A stretch of DNA of 48,011 nt from Candidatus Omnitrophota bacterium (GTDB lineage Bacteria > Omnitrophota > Gorgyraeia > Duberdicusellales > Duberdicusellaceae), in NCBI GenBank assembly GCA_015486615.1, contig WFRI01000051.1, positions 1-48,011 on the forward strand, given 5' to 3'. Both the position numbers and the translations under genes were made by a program. The stretch's first letter is position 1. The number at the start of each line of letters is the position of its first letter. Of the stretch, positions 25,912 through 34,607 are shown one piece after another. The notes under the pieces were generated by a model. That model was not told the DNA's origin. It saw only the letters and a program-made list of their open reading frames with translations, and ran no database searches.

Positions 25912-27393
25912 TTAATTGTTTAAAGCCTGTTCTATGGCTAATAATTGGGCTTTTGCTTTATTTAGAGTTTCAATATATTCCTTTTCCGGGCGGGAATCTA
26001 AAACTATACCCGCTCCTGCCTGGACAAAAGCCTGACTGTTCCGAATTACAATAGTACGTATTATTATAGCAGTATCTAAATTTCTTTCAAAAGAAAAATA
26101 TCCCACGCATCCGGCATATATCTGCCGCGGCTGAGGTTCTAATTCGTCAATAATTTCCATAGCCCTTATTTTCGGAGCTCCGGCAACTGTGCCTGCCGGA
26201 AAGCATGACCTTAAAGCATCAAAAGGAGTTTTGTCTTTTTTTAGCCGGCCGGTTACTTCGCTTACTATATGCATAACATGCGAGAATTTCTCAATGCTTT
26301 TGAATACAGGCACTTTGATAGAAGACGCTTCGGCTGCTCTGCCAATATCATTCCTTCCCAAATCTACCAGCATAATATGCTCAGCCAGTTCTTTCTTATC
26401 GTTTAAAAGCTGGCGGCTGAGTTTTTCGTCTTCTTCGTCTGTTCTGCCTCTTGGCCGTGTTCCGGCAATAGGCCGGGTATAGAGTCTTTTATCTTCGCAG
26501 CGGACCAGCATCTCCGGAGAAGAGCCGATAATTTTAGCCTGTTCAAAATCCAGATAATACATATATGCCGAAGGGTTAAGATGCCTTAAAAAACGATAAA
26601 CAGTAAAAGGGTCTTTATTAAATTTTGTTTTCAGCCTTTGCGAAAGCACAACTTGGATGATATCACCTTTTTTTATGTATTGTTTTGCTTTATCCACGGC
26701 TTTTAAAAAATCTCTGCGCGAAAAATTAGAAGAATACTTTAATTTCTTCTTTGGCCTGCGGATTTCTATCGGAGCAGGTTTAAACGGCCGGCTGACTATT
26801 CTGTAAATTTTACCTATTGTCTTTTTCTCCTTCTCATATAAAGAAGCCATATCCGCTTTGTTTTTTACAAATACGCAGGAAGATATGATAATTTTTCTTT
26901 CCTTGTGGTCAAAAGTAATAAGGTGTTTATTCAAAACAAATTCGCTTTGGGCTGATTTTAGCCGTTTATTGGCAAGTTTAGGCTCAAAAAACCGCACATT
27001 GTCATAACCTAAAAAACCCACAAACCCGCCGGTAAACCGGCTGGCGGTTTTTGAAGTAAAAGGCTTAAAACCAGCCATTATTTCCTCTATTTCTGATAGG
27101 ATATCTTTTCGAATAGAAAAAGTTTTGCTGGTATTGTTCAGCCGGTTTTTAATACTGATTTTTTCAGCGTGGTTTTGAACAGAAATTAAAGGTTTAAAAC
27201 CGATAAAAGAAAAACGGGCTATTTTTTCCTGGCCTTCTACAGATTCTAAAAAGAAACTTTCTTCTCTCTCCTGTAAAGAAGCATAAGCGGAAACTGGAGT
27301 AATTGTATCACTGACAAATTCAGTCTCAATAATAATAAGGTTATATTTTTTAGCAAGTTTTAGAAAATCTTTTTTATCCGGCGATATTTCCAT
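25912..27393 (-). CDS. trpE: Anthranilate synthase component I (chorismate-utilising enzyme; PabB not excluded)
   Basis: 493 aa with FLESVEGQEKIARFSFIG, and a chorismate-binding C-terminus GTRPRG...AELAEHIMLVDLGRND...GAPKIRAMEII...YAGCVGYF. Confidence 0.75.
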   Translation of the reverse strand: MEISPDKKDFLKLAKKYNLIIIETEFVSDTITPVSAYASLQEREESFFLESVEGQEKIARFSFIGFKPLISVQNHAEKISIKNRLNNTSKTFSIRKDILSEIEEIMAGFKPFTSKTASRFTGGFVGFLGYDNVRFFEPKLANKRLKSAQSEFVLNKHLITFDHKERKIIISSCVFVKNKADMASLYEKEKKTIGKIYRIVSRPFKPAPIEIRRPKKKLKYSSNFSRRDFLKAVDKAKQYIKKGDIIQVVLSQRLKTKFNKDPFTVYRFLRHLNPSAYMYYLDFEQAKIIGSSPEMLVRCEDKRLYTRPIAGTRPRGRTDEEDEKLSRQLLNDKKELAEHIMLVDLGRNDIGRAAEASSIKVPVFKSIEKFSHVMHIVSEVTGRLKKDKTPFDALRSCFPAGTVAGAPKIRAMEIIDELEPQPRQIYAGCVGYFSFERNLDTAIIIRTIVIRNSQAFVQAGAGIVLDSRPEKEYIETLNKAKAQLLAIEQALNN

Positions 27394-27418
27394 TATTATC
27401 TATTATTTCCTGATATCT

Positions 27419-27751
27419 TTAGACCATTTTCCTGAAAAAACAGGACTTTGCCCCGGTATGGCAGGCGGGTCCGGTCTGGTCAACTAAAACCAGCAAAGTA
27501 TCTTTGTCACAGTCATAAAATATATGCCTTACTTTCTGGATATGTCCGGAAGTTTCGCCTTTCCTCCATAGTTTCTGCCGGGAACGAGAAAAGAAACAAG
27601 TCCTGCCCTCTTTAAGGGTTATTTTTAAAGATTCTTTGTTCATATAAGCCAGCATTAAAACCTGGTTGGTTTTGTATTCCTGGACAATTGCCGGAATTAG
27701 CCCTTTTTCATTATATTTTAACACCGGCAGTCTTTTTTTTATTTCTTTCAT
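27419..27751 (-). CDS. hisI: Phosphoribosyl-AMP cyclohydrolase (monofunctional)
   Basis: Motifs [28 protein letters not shown] and DCDKDTLL. The ATG at 27751 has a GGAGGA SD, whereas the ATG at 27763 has none. Confidence 0.9.
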   Translation of the reverse strand: MKEIKKRLPVLKYNEKGLIPAIVQEYKTNQVLMLAYMNKESLKITLKEGRTCFFSRSRQKLWRKGETSGHIQKVRHIFYDCDKDTLLVLVDQTGPACHTGAKSCFFRKMV

Positions 27752-27793
27752 TATCTCCTCCATGATAAAAGTTATTGTTTAAAGAGACCTTTT

Positions 27794-27821
27794 ATTATAC
27801 TCCGGAAAATAAAAAAGGCAA
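27794..27821 (-). promoter_or_regulatory. Sigma-70-like promoter upstream of hisI-trpE
   Basis: On the minus strand: -35 TTGCCT (27821-27816), a 16-nt spacer, and -10 TATAAT (27799-27794), about 40 nt upstream of the hisI start. Confidence 0.4.
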
Positions 27822-28112
27822 GGATACAATTTGGCACAAATCGGCTCAAAAACCTTTGAATTTATCCCGTTAGAAAAAGAGAGTTTACCATTGTTAGGAA
27901 GAAATAGCGGGAGAGTTTATCTTCTAACGGAGTCTGCTCCTACGTGTGGTTTCTTTCTTCATTTTCATCAAAGATCGGATAAACCGCCAGATAACCAGTT
28001 AAGACTGGCTTTCGGCTGATTTGGACAGTTATGATTTTAGCACAAATCATCTGCGTACCTGCCCGCTATAAAGCCTCAGCGAAAGAGCCTCAGAGCCCGC
28101 AGGATTAGGTTG

Positions 28113-28406
28113 TTAGAATTTTCCTCTTTTTATTCTTTTCCTGATGAATGTGAAAAATCGTTTCCAATCTTGAACACACAACGTAAAAAAAGCACCAATA
28201 ACCCCTGCTGATGCCATACCTACAGGACATCCCTGCTGTTTACAGAAAGGACAAACAGCAAATGTGGCGTAAAGATTGGTAAAACCAAACCACCAGCCAA
28301 TAAGTCTAAACAATCGGCCGAATGGCGATATTTTCTGTTTACTGTACTTTCTATCCATTTTTTTAGATGTTGATATTGTTTCCTGTGTATTTTTTATCTT
28401 TTTCAT
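28113..28406 (-). CDS. Small hypothetical membrane protein with CPFC...GCP motif
   Basis: 97 aa with a basic N-terminus, two hydrophobic segments flanking VCPFCKQQGCPVG, and a basic tail. No SD was seen, so coding status is uncertain. Confidence 0.4.
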   Translation of the reverse strand: MKKIKNTQETISTSKKMDRKYSKQKISPFGRLFRLIGWWFGFTNLYATFAVCPFCKQQGCPVGMASAGVIGAFFTLCVQDWKRFFTFIRKRIKRGKF

Positions 28407-28598
28407 TTTAACACAAAAATCAGCGCTCGAAACGGAACGAAATGCAGTATAAACTCAGCCAGATTGGTACTTTTTACTCTGTTAGAAAGAATTCTTTAAC
28501 GGTGGTTTATTTTCTAAAAGAGATAACAAGTTTTTAAATACTAAAAAGTTATTGTCGAATAAGGAGAAATTTTTACCCTGCATTCTTAATGCGTCTGT

Positions 28599-28943
28599 CT
28601 ATTTTTCGGAGTTTTGGACATCAATATAAGTCATTCTTAAATGGAACAGAGAATCTTCCAGAAATTTTGCTTCTTCTTTAGTTAAATTGCCTTTGGTTTT
28701 TTCCTGAATAATAGACAAACTGTCTATTAAAAATCTCGCCTGCTGGAGATTCTCTTCTTTTTTCCCATTAACGGGATTTTCTAACTTGCCCATAGAAATC
28801 ATAGCCTGCATACTTAGCGAGGAGACCAGAATGGTGAAATTAGGTTCAGGAAAATTTTCTTGTTTTTCCTGGGCCTGTTTCTTCTCTTTCTCTACCTGGT
28901 TTTTCCAACTTTCGTCAACAGTTTTTTTAATGTCTTCAGCCAT
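28599..28943 (-). CDS. DUF1844 domain protein
   Basis: 114 aa with an acidic/basic N-terminus, then PEPNFTILVSSLSMQAMISMGKLENPVNGKKEENLQQARFLIDSLSIIQEKTKGNLTKEE, matching the DUF1844 pattern. A GGGAGGG SD lies upstream. Confidence 0.7.
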   Translation of the reverse strand: MAEDIKKTVDESWKNQVEKEKKQAQEKQENFPEPNFTILVSSLSMQAMISMGKLENPVNGKKEENLQQARFLIDSLSIIQEKTKGNLTKEEAKFLEDSLFHLRMTYIDVQNSEK

Positions 28944-29056
28944 ATTTCCCTCCCTTACGCTGTTTTGCTTAAAAGCAAAGGGTTAATAATATATTTTGAA
29001 CCTTTTTATATTTCTAATACTTACGGCGTCCACTTCGGGGCTACACTCTTTGAATA

Positions 29057-29259
29057 AGCCCAATGTCGTAAGCCGAAGCCCCAGGCTCAGCCAATGAAAC
29101 CAATCTAAACTTACTAATCTAATAAATTCTAAATCCAAAACGCTGACTTTATGAAGTTGGACTACCACTAAAAAATCACTGGCGTGTTTTTGGACGTGGG
29201 TGCCGGTAAAAAAGCGTATAAACGTTAGATGTTGAGCATACGACATTGGACGTCGAACA
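29057..29259 (+). repeat. Mosaic intergenic repeat, copy C (no large hairpin)
   Basis: AAGCCCAATGTCGTAAGCC at 29057-29075. An AATCTAA-type run at 29101-29135. A6TCAC-TGGC-GTGT5 at 29170-29191. GTGGGTGCCGGTAAAAAA at 29196-29213. An inverted box TACGACATTGGACGTCGAACA at 29239-29259. Confidence 0.7.
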
Positions 29260-29272
29260 AATGTCAAATCTT

Positions 29273-30847
29273 CTAACCTGCCAACTTATTTTTATTATAA
29301 TCGTCTTGCTGTTTATGTAAAGGTTTTTTAGGCTTTAGGTAGAGCAGAAGAATTGCCAGAAAATACAGGATAATTCCAGTGTGTAGATAACTCAGCGGCA
29401 AAAGAGGCTTTAGAGAGATTACTTTAGGAGTTTTGCCGGGGTTTAAGTAGATGTAACAGATTGGAAGTTCTGCGAGTCTTTGCCATTTGAGCCTTCGACG
29501 GTAAAAAAGCAGTTTTTCCCTTTCTCTTTTTTCCTCTTCCAAAGTTGGAGATTTTAGCCAAACAATTATTTTCGCCGGCAGGAAAGGATTATAATTGCTC
29601 TGCGGCCTGTTTTCTAAAAATAAAGACGAGGTCACGGGCCTGTTCGTTAAAGCGCCAAAAATTACCCCGGCAATTGTGTTATTAGAGGCTATTATCTCGC
29701 CGGGCAGCGAATTTTGCCTGATTTTTTCTGCTATCGGCAAATAATATTTGGGATAATATAGGCAGTTAAATTCCAGCATATTGGCAATTTTTTTGCTTAT
29801 GATGTTATAGAGAGTTGAAGAATTCCTTACTTTTTCTTTATTTGCCCAGGGGATAAAAACCAAGTTTAACAGGCTGGCATAAATAATAATCAGTGCTAAT
29901 ACTGTTTTGCTGAATTTTTGTCCCATTTTAGGCAAAATACGGGTTATTAGTATTGCTGAAAGCAGATTGATAAAAAGCATTCCCTGGCCGGATAAAAGCC
30001 TGTAAGGATACTTGTAGAATACTAATCCTAAACTTACTGCCCAGAGGCTTATTTTTAGCCAGCTGCCTTTTTCTTTTACGCTTAGCAGTAAGGATACAAA
30101 CGCTAAGGCTGTAAAAAAAATGTTGATTTGAAGAAGTTTGTTTTCGATTAAAAATTTAGGAGACAAGAATTCTAAATTGTTTATTTGGTGAATAAATAAA
30201 GGCAGGGCGAAAAACATAGACAGCAGGGCCGTTTTTAAGGAATTTTTCCCGCCTGTAAAGGCAGAAAATAACATATTTCCCAGGATAAAAGACAATGCTA
30301 TGCCGCTGTGGGTATACATTCCCAAGCCGGCCCACATTAAGTTTAAAGCAAAATTACCCCTGCCGGATTCGTATATAGACATAAGGAAGAAACTTAACGC
30401 CAGAGTGGCAGGTATGTTAGCAGCCAGACAGGCATAAAAGGGTAGAGATGAAAAACATAGCAGAAGGCATAAAAAAGCGGTTTTGGGGCTGAACAACAGA
30501 GATACTGTCTTATAAAGCGCAAGGAGAAATATTATCGGAGATATTGTGCCGGTTATTCTTAATACGGTTAATTTGCTTATGCCGGTTTTAATCAGCAGGG
30601 ACAAAATAATATGGTATAAAGGAGCATAGAGATTGGGTATGCCCCGGGGTGCATAGTCGAAGTTATTTATGGGCGTCCAGCCGTTGTTCCTTAACAGGCT
30701 TTCGGCCATATGCAGGTGGTAATATCCGTCTACAAACTGCGGCAGGGATTTGAACCTCACTATTTGGATTAGAATCACAAATATCAAAATTCCCCAGGAG
30801 TATAGGCTGTATCTTGATATATAAGATTCAGGTATTTCTCTTCTCAT
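29273..30847 (-). CDS. Large polytopic membrane protein, possibly a GT-C-type glycosyltransferase (tentative)
   Basis: 524 aa with more than 10 hydrophobic helices. An early loop motif (FVDGYYHLHMAE) recalls the D-x-x-YYH loops of PMT/STT3-like GT-C enzymes. No firm family assignment. Confidence 0.4.
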   Translation of the reverse strand: MRREIPESYISRYSLYSWGILIFVILIQIVRFKSLPQFVDGYYHLHMAESLLRNNGWTPINNFDYAPRGIPNLYAPLYHIILSLLIKTGISKLTVLRITGTISPIIFLLALYKTVSLLFSPKTAFLCLLLCFSSLPFYACLAANIPATLALSFFLMSIYESGRGNFALNLMWAGLGMYTHSGIALSFILGNMLFSAFTGGKNSLKTALLSMFFALPLFIHQINNLEFLSPKFLIENKLLQINIFFTALAFVSLLLSVKEKGSWLKISLWAVSLGLVFYKYPYRLLSGQGMLFINLLSAILITRILPKMGQKFSKTVLALIIIYASLLNLVFIPWANKEKVRNSSTLYNIISKKIANMLEFNCLYYPKYYLPIAEKIRQNSLPGEIIASNNTIAGVIFGALTNRPVTSSLFLENRPQSNYNPFLPAKIIVWLKSPTLEEEKREREKLLFYRRRLKWQRLAELPICYIYLNPGKTPKVISLKPLLPLSYLHTGIILYFLAILLLYLKPKKPLHKQQDDYNKNKLAG

Positions 30848-31596
30848 CGGTATTTTACTTTATAAAGATATAATCCTTTGGCTGGAGCGGATTTGCCTAT
30901 TTTTGCTCTGTCTTGGGATTTTATTGCTTGTTTAGTTTGTTTTTCAGTTATTTCTCCTTTGCCTGCCGATACCAGAATTTTTACGATATTCCTGGCCATC
31001 CCTCTTAAAAAACCGTCAGCCTCTATGTCTATATGAATAAATCTGCTTTGTTTTCTTATACTTATTTTATATATTTTCCTCTGGAAATTTTTTATTCCTT
31101 TAGGGCAATTAACAAAGGCTTTAAAATCCTTTGTCTTTTTTATTGTTTCTGCTATTTTGCGCATAATGGCCAAGTTGAGTTTTTGCGGTATATGCCAGGA
31201 ATAACTGCGTAGAAAAATATCCGGATTTTTGCTGTTAAAGATTACATAACGGTAGACCTTTGTTTTTACTGAATACCGGGAATGGAAATTAAGCGGGACG
31301 GTCTTTATATCTTTTACTCTTATGTCTTCAGGCAGGAATGAGTTTAGAGCAGTTTTTATGTTTTTTAGCGGGATTCTGGTTTTTACAGTAAAGTTTGCGG
31401 TTTGGTTTTTAGCATGAACTCCTTTATCTGTACGGCCTGAGCCGGTTATTTTTATATCCTGCTTAAATAGTTTTGCCAGGGCCTTTTCTGTTTCGGCCTG
31501 GATTGACGGAAGATTAGTTTTAGTCTGTCTTTGCCAGCCGTAGTAATTTGTCCCGTCATATTCCAGGACTAAGAGAAGATTTTTGACGCCAGGCAT
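30844..31596 (-). CDS. truA: tRNA pseudouridine(38-40) synthase
   Basis: 250 aa with YDGTNYYGWQRQ and the catalytic GSGRTDKGVHA motif. Confidence 0.9.
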   Translation of the reverse strand: MPGVKNLLLVLEYDGTNYYGWQRQTKTNLPSIQAETEKALAKLFKQDIKITGSGRTDKGVHAKNQTANFTVKTRIPLKNIKTALNSFLPEDIRVKDIKTVPLNFHSRYSVKTKVYRYVIFNSKNPDIFLRSYSWHIPQKLNLAIMRKIAETIKKTKDFKAFVNCPKGIKNFQRKIYKISIRKQSRFIHIDIEADGFLRGMARNIVKILVSAGKGEITEKQTKQAIKSQDRAKIGKSAPAKGLYLYKVKYR

Positions 31597-31597
31597 T

Positions 31598-33328
31598 TTA
31601 TCGGCCGGTGAATTTATTGGTTATGGGCATACGCCGATCCTTGCCAAAAGCCATATTGGTTATTTTTACCCCGGGCGGAGACTGGCGGCGTTTATATTCA
31701 TTTTTATCAACTTTAAAGATTACTTTGCGGGCAATATTCTGGGGGATTCCTTTTTTGGCTATTTCTTCCAAAGAGAGGTTCTCTTCTATATATAGTTTTA
31801 GTATTTTGTCTAATAAAGTGTATGAAGCAGGCAATTCGTTTTCGTCTTTCTGGCCGGGTTTAAGTTCTGCTGAGGGAGCGCGTTTTATTATGGATTTGGG
31901 AATTATCGGCCAAGCCTCATTTTTATTGATGAAATCAGCTAATTTATAGACTGTAGTTTTATAAACGTCTTTTAACAGCCCAAACCCGCCAATCATATCT
32001 CCATAAAGGGTGCAGTATCCTAAGGATATTTCGCTTTTATTGCCGGTGTTTAATACTAAGCAGTTATGTTTATTAGAAAATGCCATTAAGATGTTGCCTC
32101 TTATTCTCGCCTGGATATTCTGTTCAGTCAAATCATTGCCGCTTAAAAGGATTGTTTTGTCTAAGGCCTCTTTATAAATTTTGAATATTTCAGATATAGG
32201 CAGGACATAGTATTTAATACCTAAGTTTTTGCAGAGTTTTACAGCGTCTTTAAGAGTTTCAGAAGATGTATATTGCGAAGGCATAATCAAACCGTAAACT
32301 TTGCTTTTCCCGACAGTTTTTACTGCTAAGGCTGCTACTAAAGCGGAATCTATCCCACCGCTTATGCCGATTACCGCTTTCTGAAATCCATTCTTTCTGA
32401 TATAGTCTTTTAATCCTAAAATAAGAGCGTGGTATATTTGTTTTGTCTGGGGAATGTTTACCTCGTTAGAGGAACCTGCCGGCGGCGGGTTAATGCTGTT
32501 ATTGGTATGGCTTGTCTGTTCTGTTAAAGGATTTTTTCCTGACAGGGTAGAAGAATTTTTTTCTCTATCAGAGATTTTTATCGTCCGGGATAGCTTTCCC
32601 TTTTTGGTGAATTCAAAAAGCAAAAGTTTTTCTTTAAACTGCGGGGCCATTGCCACTATTTCTCCCTGGGGAGAGGTTATTTTGCTGGCTCCGTCAAAGA
32701 CAATTTCATCCTGGCCGCCTATCAGATTGCAGTAAAACACAAAAGCCTGTATTTGTTTTGCTGTTTTTGCAAGAACTCTTTTTCTGTCTTCTAACTTATT
32801 CAAAGAAAACGGCGAGGCAGATATGTTTACGAGAAAGTCTAAATTGTCTTGTCTTAATCTTGCGGTTATACCGTCGTCTTTCTGCCAGATATCTTCGCAA
32901 ATAGTAAGGCTAAACCGGATATTTTTCCATTCGTAAATATAAAGGCTGTTCCCGGCAGAAAAATGCCTTTTTTCATCAAAAACACCGTAGTTTGGCAGGG
33001 CTATTTTGTGGTAAATATTTTGTATTTTTTTGTCATAAATAACTGCTGCAGAATTGAAAATTCTGCCGCCGGCATTATCTATAAAACCGGCTATGCATAA
33101 AATTCCTTCTGTGTGTTTTTTTAACTTATTTAAATATTCCTTATTCGCTTTAAGAAAAGAATTTTTGAAAACCAAATCTTCCGGCGGGTAGCCGCAGAGG
33201 CTTAATTCCGGAAATATTACGATTTCCGCTTTTTCTTTTTTTGCTTTTTTTATATAAGAGACAATCTTGTCATAATTAGGCTGGAAGTCGCCTACAGTAA
33301 GGTTTATCTGAGCTAAGGCTATTTTCAT
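31598..33328 (-). CDS. nadE: NAD+ synthase (glutamine-hydrolysing)
   Basis: 576 aa with an N-terminal nitrilase/CN-hydrolase domain (FPELSLCGYP, ICEDIW) and a C-terminal NAD synthetase PP-loop (GISGGIDSALVA). The two are joined by a low-complexity S/T/N/P linker. Confidence 0.9.
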   Translation of the reverse strand: MKIALAQINLTVGDFQPNYDKIVSYIKKAKKEKAEIVIFPELSLCGYPPEDLVFKNSFLKANKEYLNKLKKHTEGILCIAGFIDNAGGRIFNSAAVIYDKKIQNIYHKIALPNYGVFDEKRHFSAGNSLYIYEWKNIRFSLTICEDIWQKDDGITARLRQDNLDFLVNISASPFSLNKLEDRKRVLAKTAKQIQAFVFYCNLIGGQDEIVFDGASKITSPQGEIVAMAPQFKEKLLLFEFTKKGKLSRTIKISDREKNSSTLSGKNPLTEQTSHTNNSINPPPAGSSNEVNIPQTKQIYHALILGLKDYIRKNGFQKAVIGISGGIDSALVAALAVKTVGKSKVYGLIMPSQYTSSETLKDAVKLCKNLGIKYYVLPISEIFKIYKEALDKTILLSGNDLTEQNIQARIRGNILMAFSNKHNCLVLNTGNKSEISLGYCTLYGDMIGGFGLLKDVYKTTVYKLADFINKNEAWPIIPKSIIKRAPSAELKPGQKDENELPASYTLLDKILKLYIEENLSLEEIAKKGIPQNIARKVIFKVDKNEYKRRQSPPGVKITNMAFGKDRRMPITNKFTGR

Positions 33329-33331
33329 CTT

Positions 33332-33652
33332 TTATTCTATAAAGGGAGAGACCATTTTCTCAATTTCTCTTTCTGATATTAAGCCAATAAGTTTCTTTTG
33401 AGGCCTGCCGTTTTTGAATAAAATTAAAGCAGGCAGGCTCATTACCATATATCTGGAAGCAATATCCGGAGTTTTTTCCACATTGACTTTTACTAACCCT
33501 ACCCGGCCCTGAAATTTGTCTATTACAGAGTTTAACATAGGCTCTATGTTCTTGCAGGGCACGCACCATTCTGCCCAAAAGTCAACTAATACCGGTTCCC
33601 GGGATTTTAAAACTTTTTCTTCAAAGGCTTCCTGAATTGTTTGGCTGTCCAT
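33332..33652 (-). CDS. trxA: Thioredoxin (active site CVPC instead of the canonical CGPC)
   Basis: 106 aa with VLVDFWAEWCVPCK and the thioredoxin fold length. Confidence 0.85.
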   Translation of the reverse strand: MDSQTIQEAFEEKVLKSREPVLVDFWAEWCVPCKNIEPMLNSVIDKFQGRVGLVKVNVEKTPDIASRYMVMSLPALILFKNGRPQKKLIGLISEREIEKMVSPFIE

Positions 33653-34406
33653 TGTTTTCCCTCCTTTTGGAATTTTGCCAATATAAAACTAAAACTATAG
33701 GCACTATTAATAAAGCAAACCATTGCGAGGTTGAAAATATTCCTAAATACCCGCGGGGATCGCCGCGGAAGAATTCGATAATAAATCTGAATATTCCATA
33801 GAGCATAAGGTAGCAGAAAAATATCTGGCCTTTAAATCTGCGGTGGTCGCGGATAAATATAAGGCTGATAAATATTAAAATAAGAAAAAATGATGATATT
33901 AACTGTGTTGGTATAACCGGCACACCTAATCTTCCAGCCGGTGAATTAGGCGGGAACAGCATACATATCTTACAATTTGCAGGTTTGCCGTAACAGCACC
34001 CGTAAGAAAAACAGCCGATTCTCCCTAAAGAATGCGCCAAAGGTATCGCCGGAGCGATAAAATCTGCAGTTTTAAGAAGTCCTATTTTTTTACGTTTTAT
34101 AAATACGGAAACAGCCAATATTCCTCCTAAAAGTCCGGGATAAAATACAAACCCGGATCTGGAAAATAAGTAATGCCAGGGGGAATAAAGGAAATCCTGC
34201 CAGTTGAGAATAATATAGAACAGTCTGGCTGCTGTAAATCCTCCAATCATTGCCCAGAATATAATATCTGCGGTAATATCTGCAGAGATGTTGTAAAGTT
34301 TAGATTCGTTTAGCAGAAATATATAAGCGGCGGCTGCTCCTAAGAACACAAAAAATCCGTAAGTAGAAATTGAAAATTCGCCTATTTTTATTAATATTGG
34401 ATGCAT
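33621..34406 (-). CDS. lgt: Prolipoprotein diacylglyceryl transferase
   Basis: The trimmed start MHPILIKIGEFSISTYGFF matches the Lgt N-terminus, and the internal motif HSLGRIGCFSYGCCYG is present. The track's 35-codon extension starts at a TTG and translates intergenic repeat DNA. Confidence 0.85.
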   Translation of the reverse strand: MHPILIKIGEFSISTYGFFVFLGAAAAYIFLLNESKLYNISADITADIIFWAMIGGFTAARLFYIILNWQDFLYSPWHYLFSRSGFVFYPGLLGGILAVSVFIKRKKIGLLKTADFIAPAIPLAHSLGRIGCFSYGCCYGKPANCKICMLFPPNSPAGRLGVPVIPTQLISSFFLILIFISLIFIRDHRRFKGQIFFCYLMLYGIFRFIIEFFRGDPRGYLGIFSTSQWFALLIVPIVLVLYWQNSKRRENNGQPNNSGSL

Positions 34407-34442
34407 AAAATAAAAATCAAAATTGAAATAAAACAACCAAAT

Positions 34443-34590
34443 CCCAATCCCGGCATTGCCTTGCGTTGAGCCGGACCCTGTGCCGCTATTGCTCGAATGT
34501 CCAACGTTCAAGGTCGTAAGTCCAATGTCGAAAGTCGAATGTTAGACATCAAGAAAAATGGTCGCTTGTCCCTATTATTGTCCCTATTAT
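34443..34590 (+). repeat. Mosaic intergenic repeat, copy D
   Basis: CCCAATCCCGGCATTGCC (compare copy B). GAATGTCCAACGT at 34496-34508. GTCGTAAGTCCAATGTCGAAAGTCGAATGTTAGA at 34513-34546. TGTCCCTATTAT in tandem x2 at 34567-34590. Confidence 0.7.
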
Positions 34591-34607
34591 TCAATCTTTC
34601 TCTGCGT

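Noticed and set aside
27831-28019. Plus-strand 62-aa ORF in the spacer upstream of hisI.
   Set aside because: It has a TTG start and no SD, runs through repeat boxes, and has no recognisable fold. The spacer is better explained as promoter or repeat DNA.
28983-29267. 94-aa minus-strand ORF covering the spacer between the membrane gene and the DUF1844 gene.
   Set aside because: It spans copy C of the intergenic repeat, has no SD and no recognisable domain, and its composition is typical of translated repeat or AT-rich spacer DNA.
33360-33578. Nested minus-strand ORFs in alternative frames inside trxA (33360..33578) and rpoD (34909..35172).
   Set aside because: They lie entirely within strongly supported genes, in a different frame, with basic low-complexity sequence and no independent evidence.
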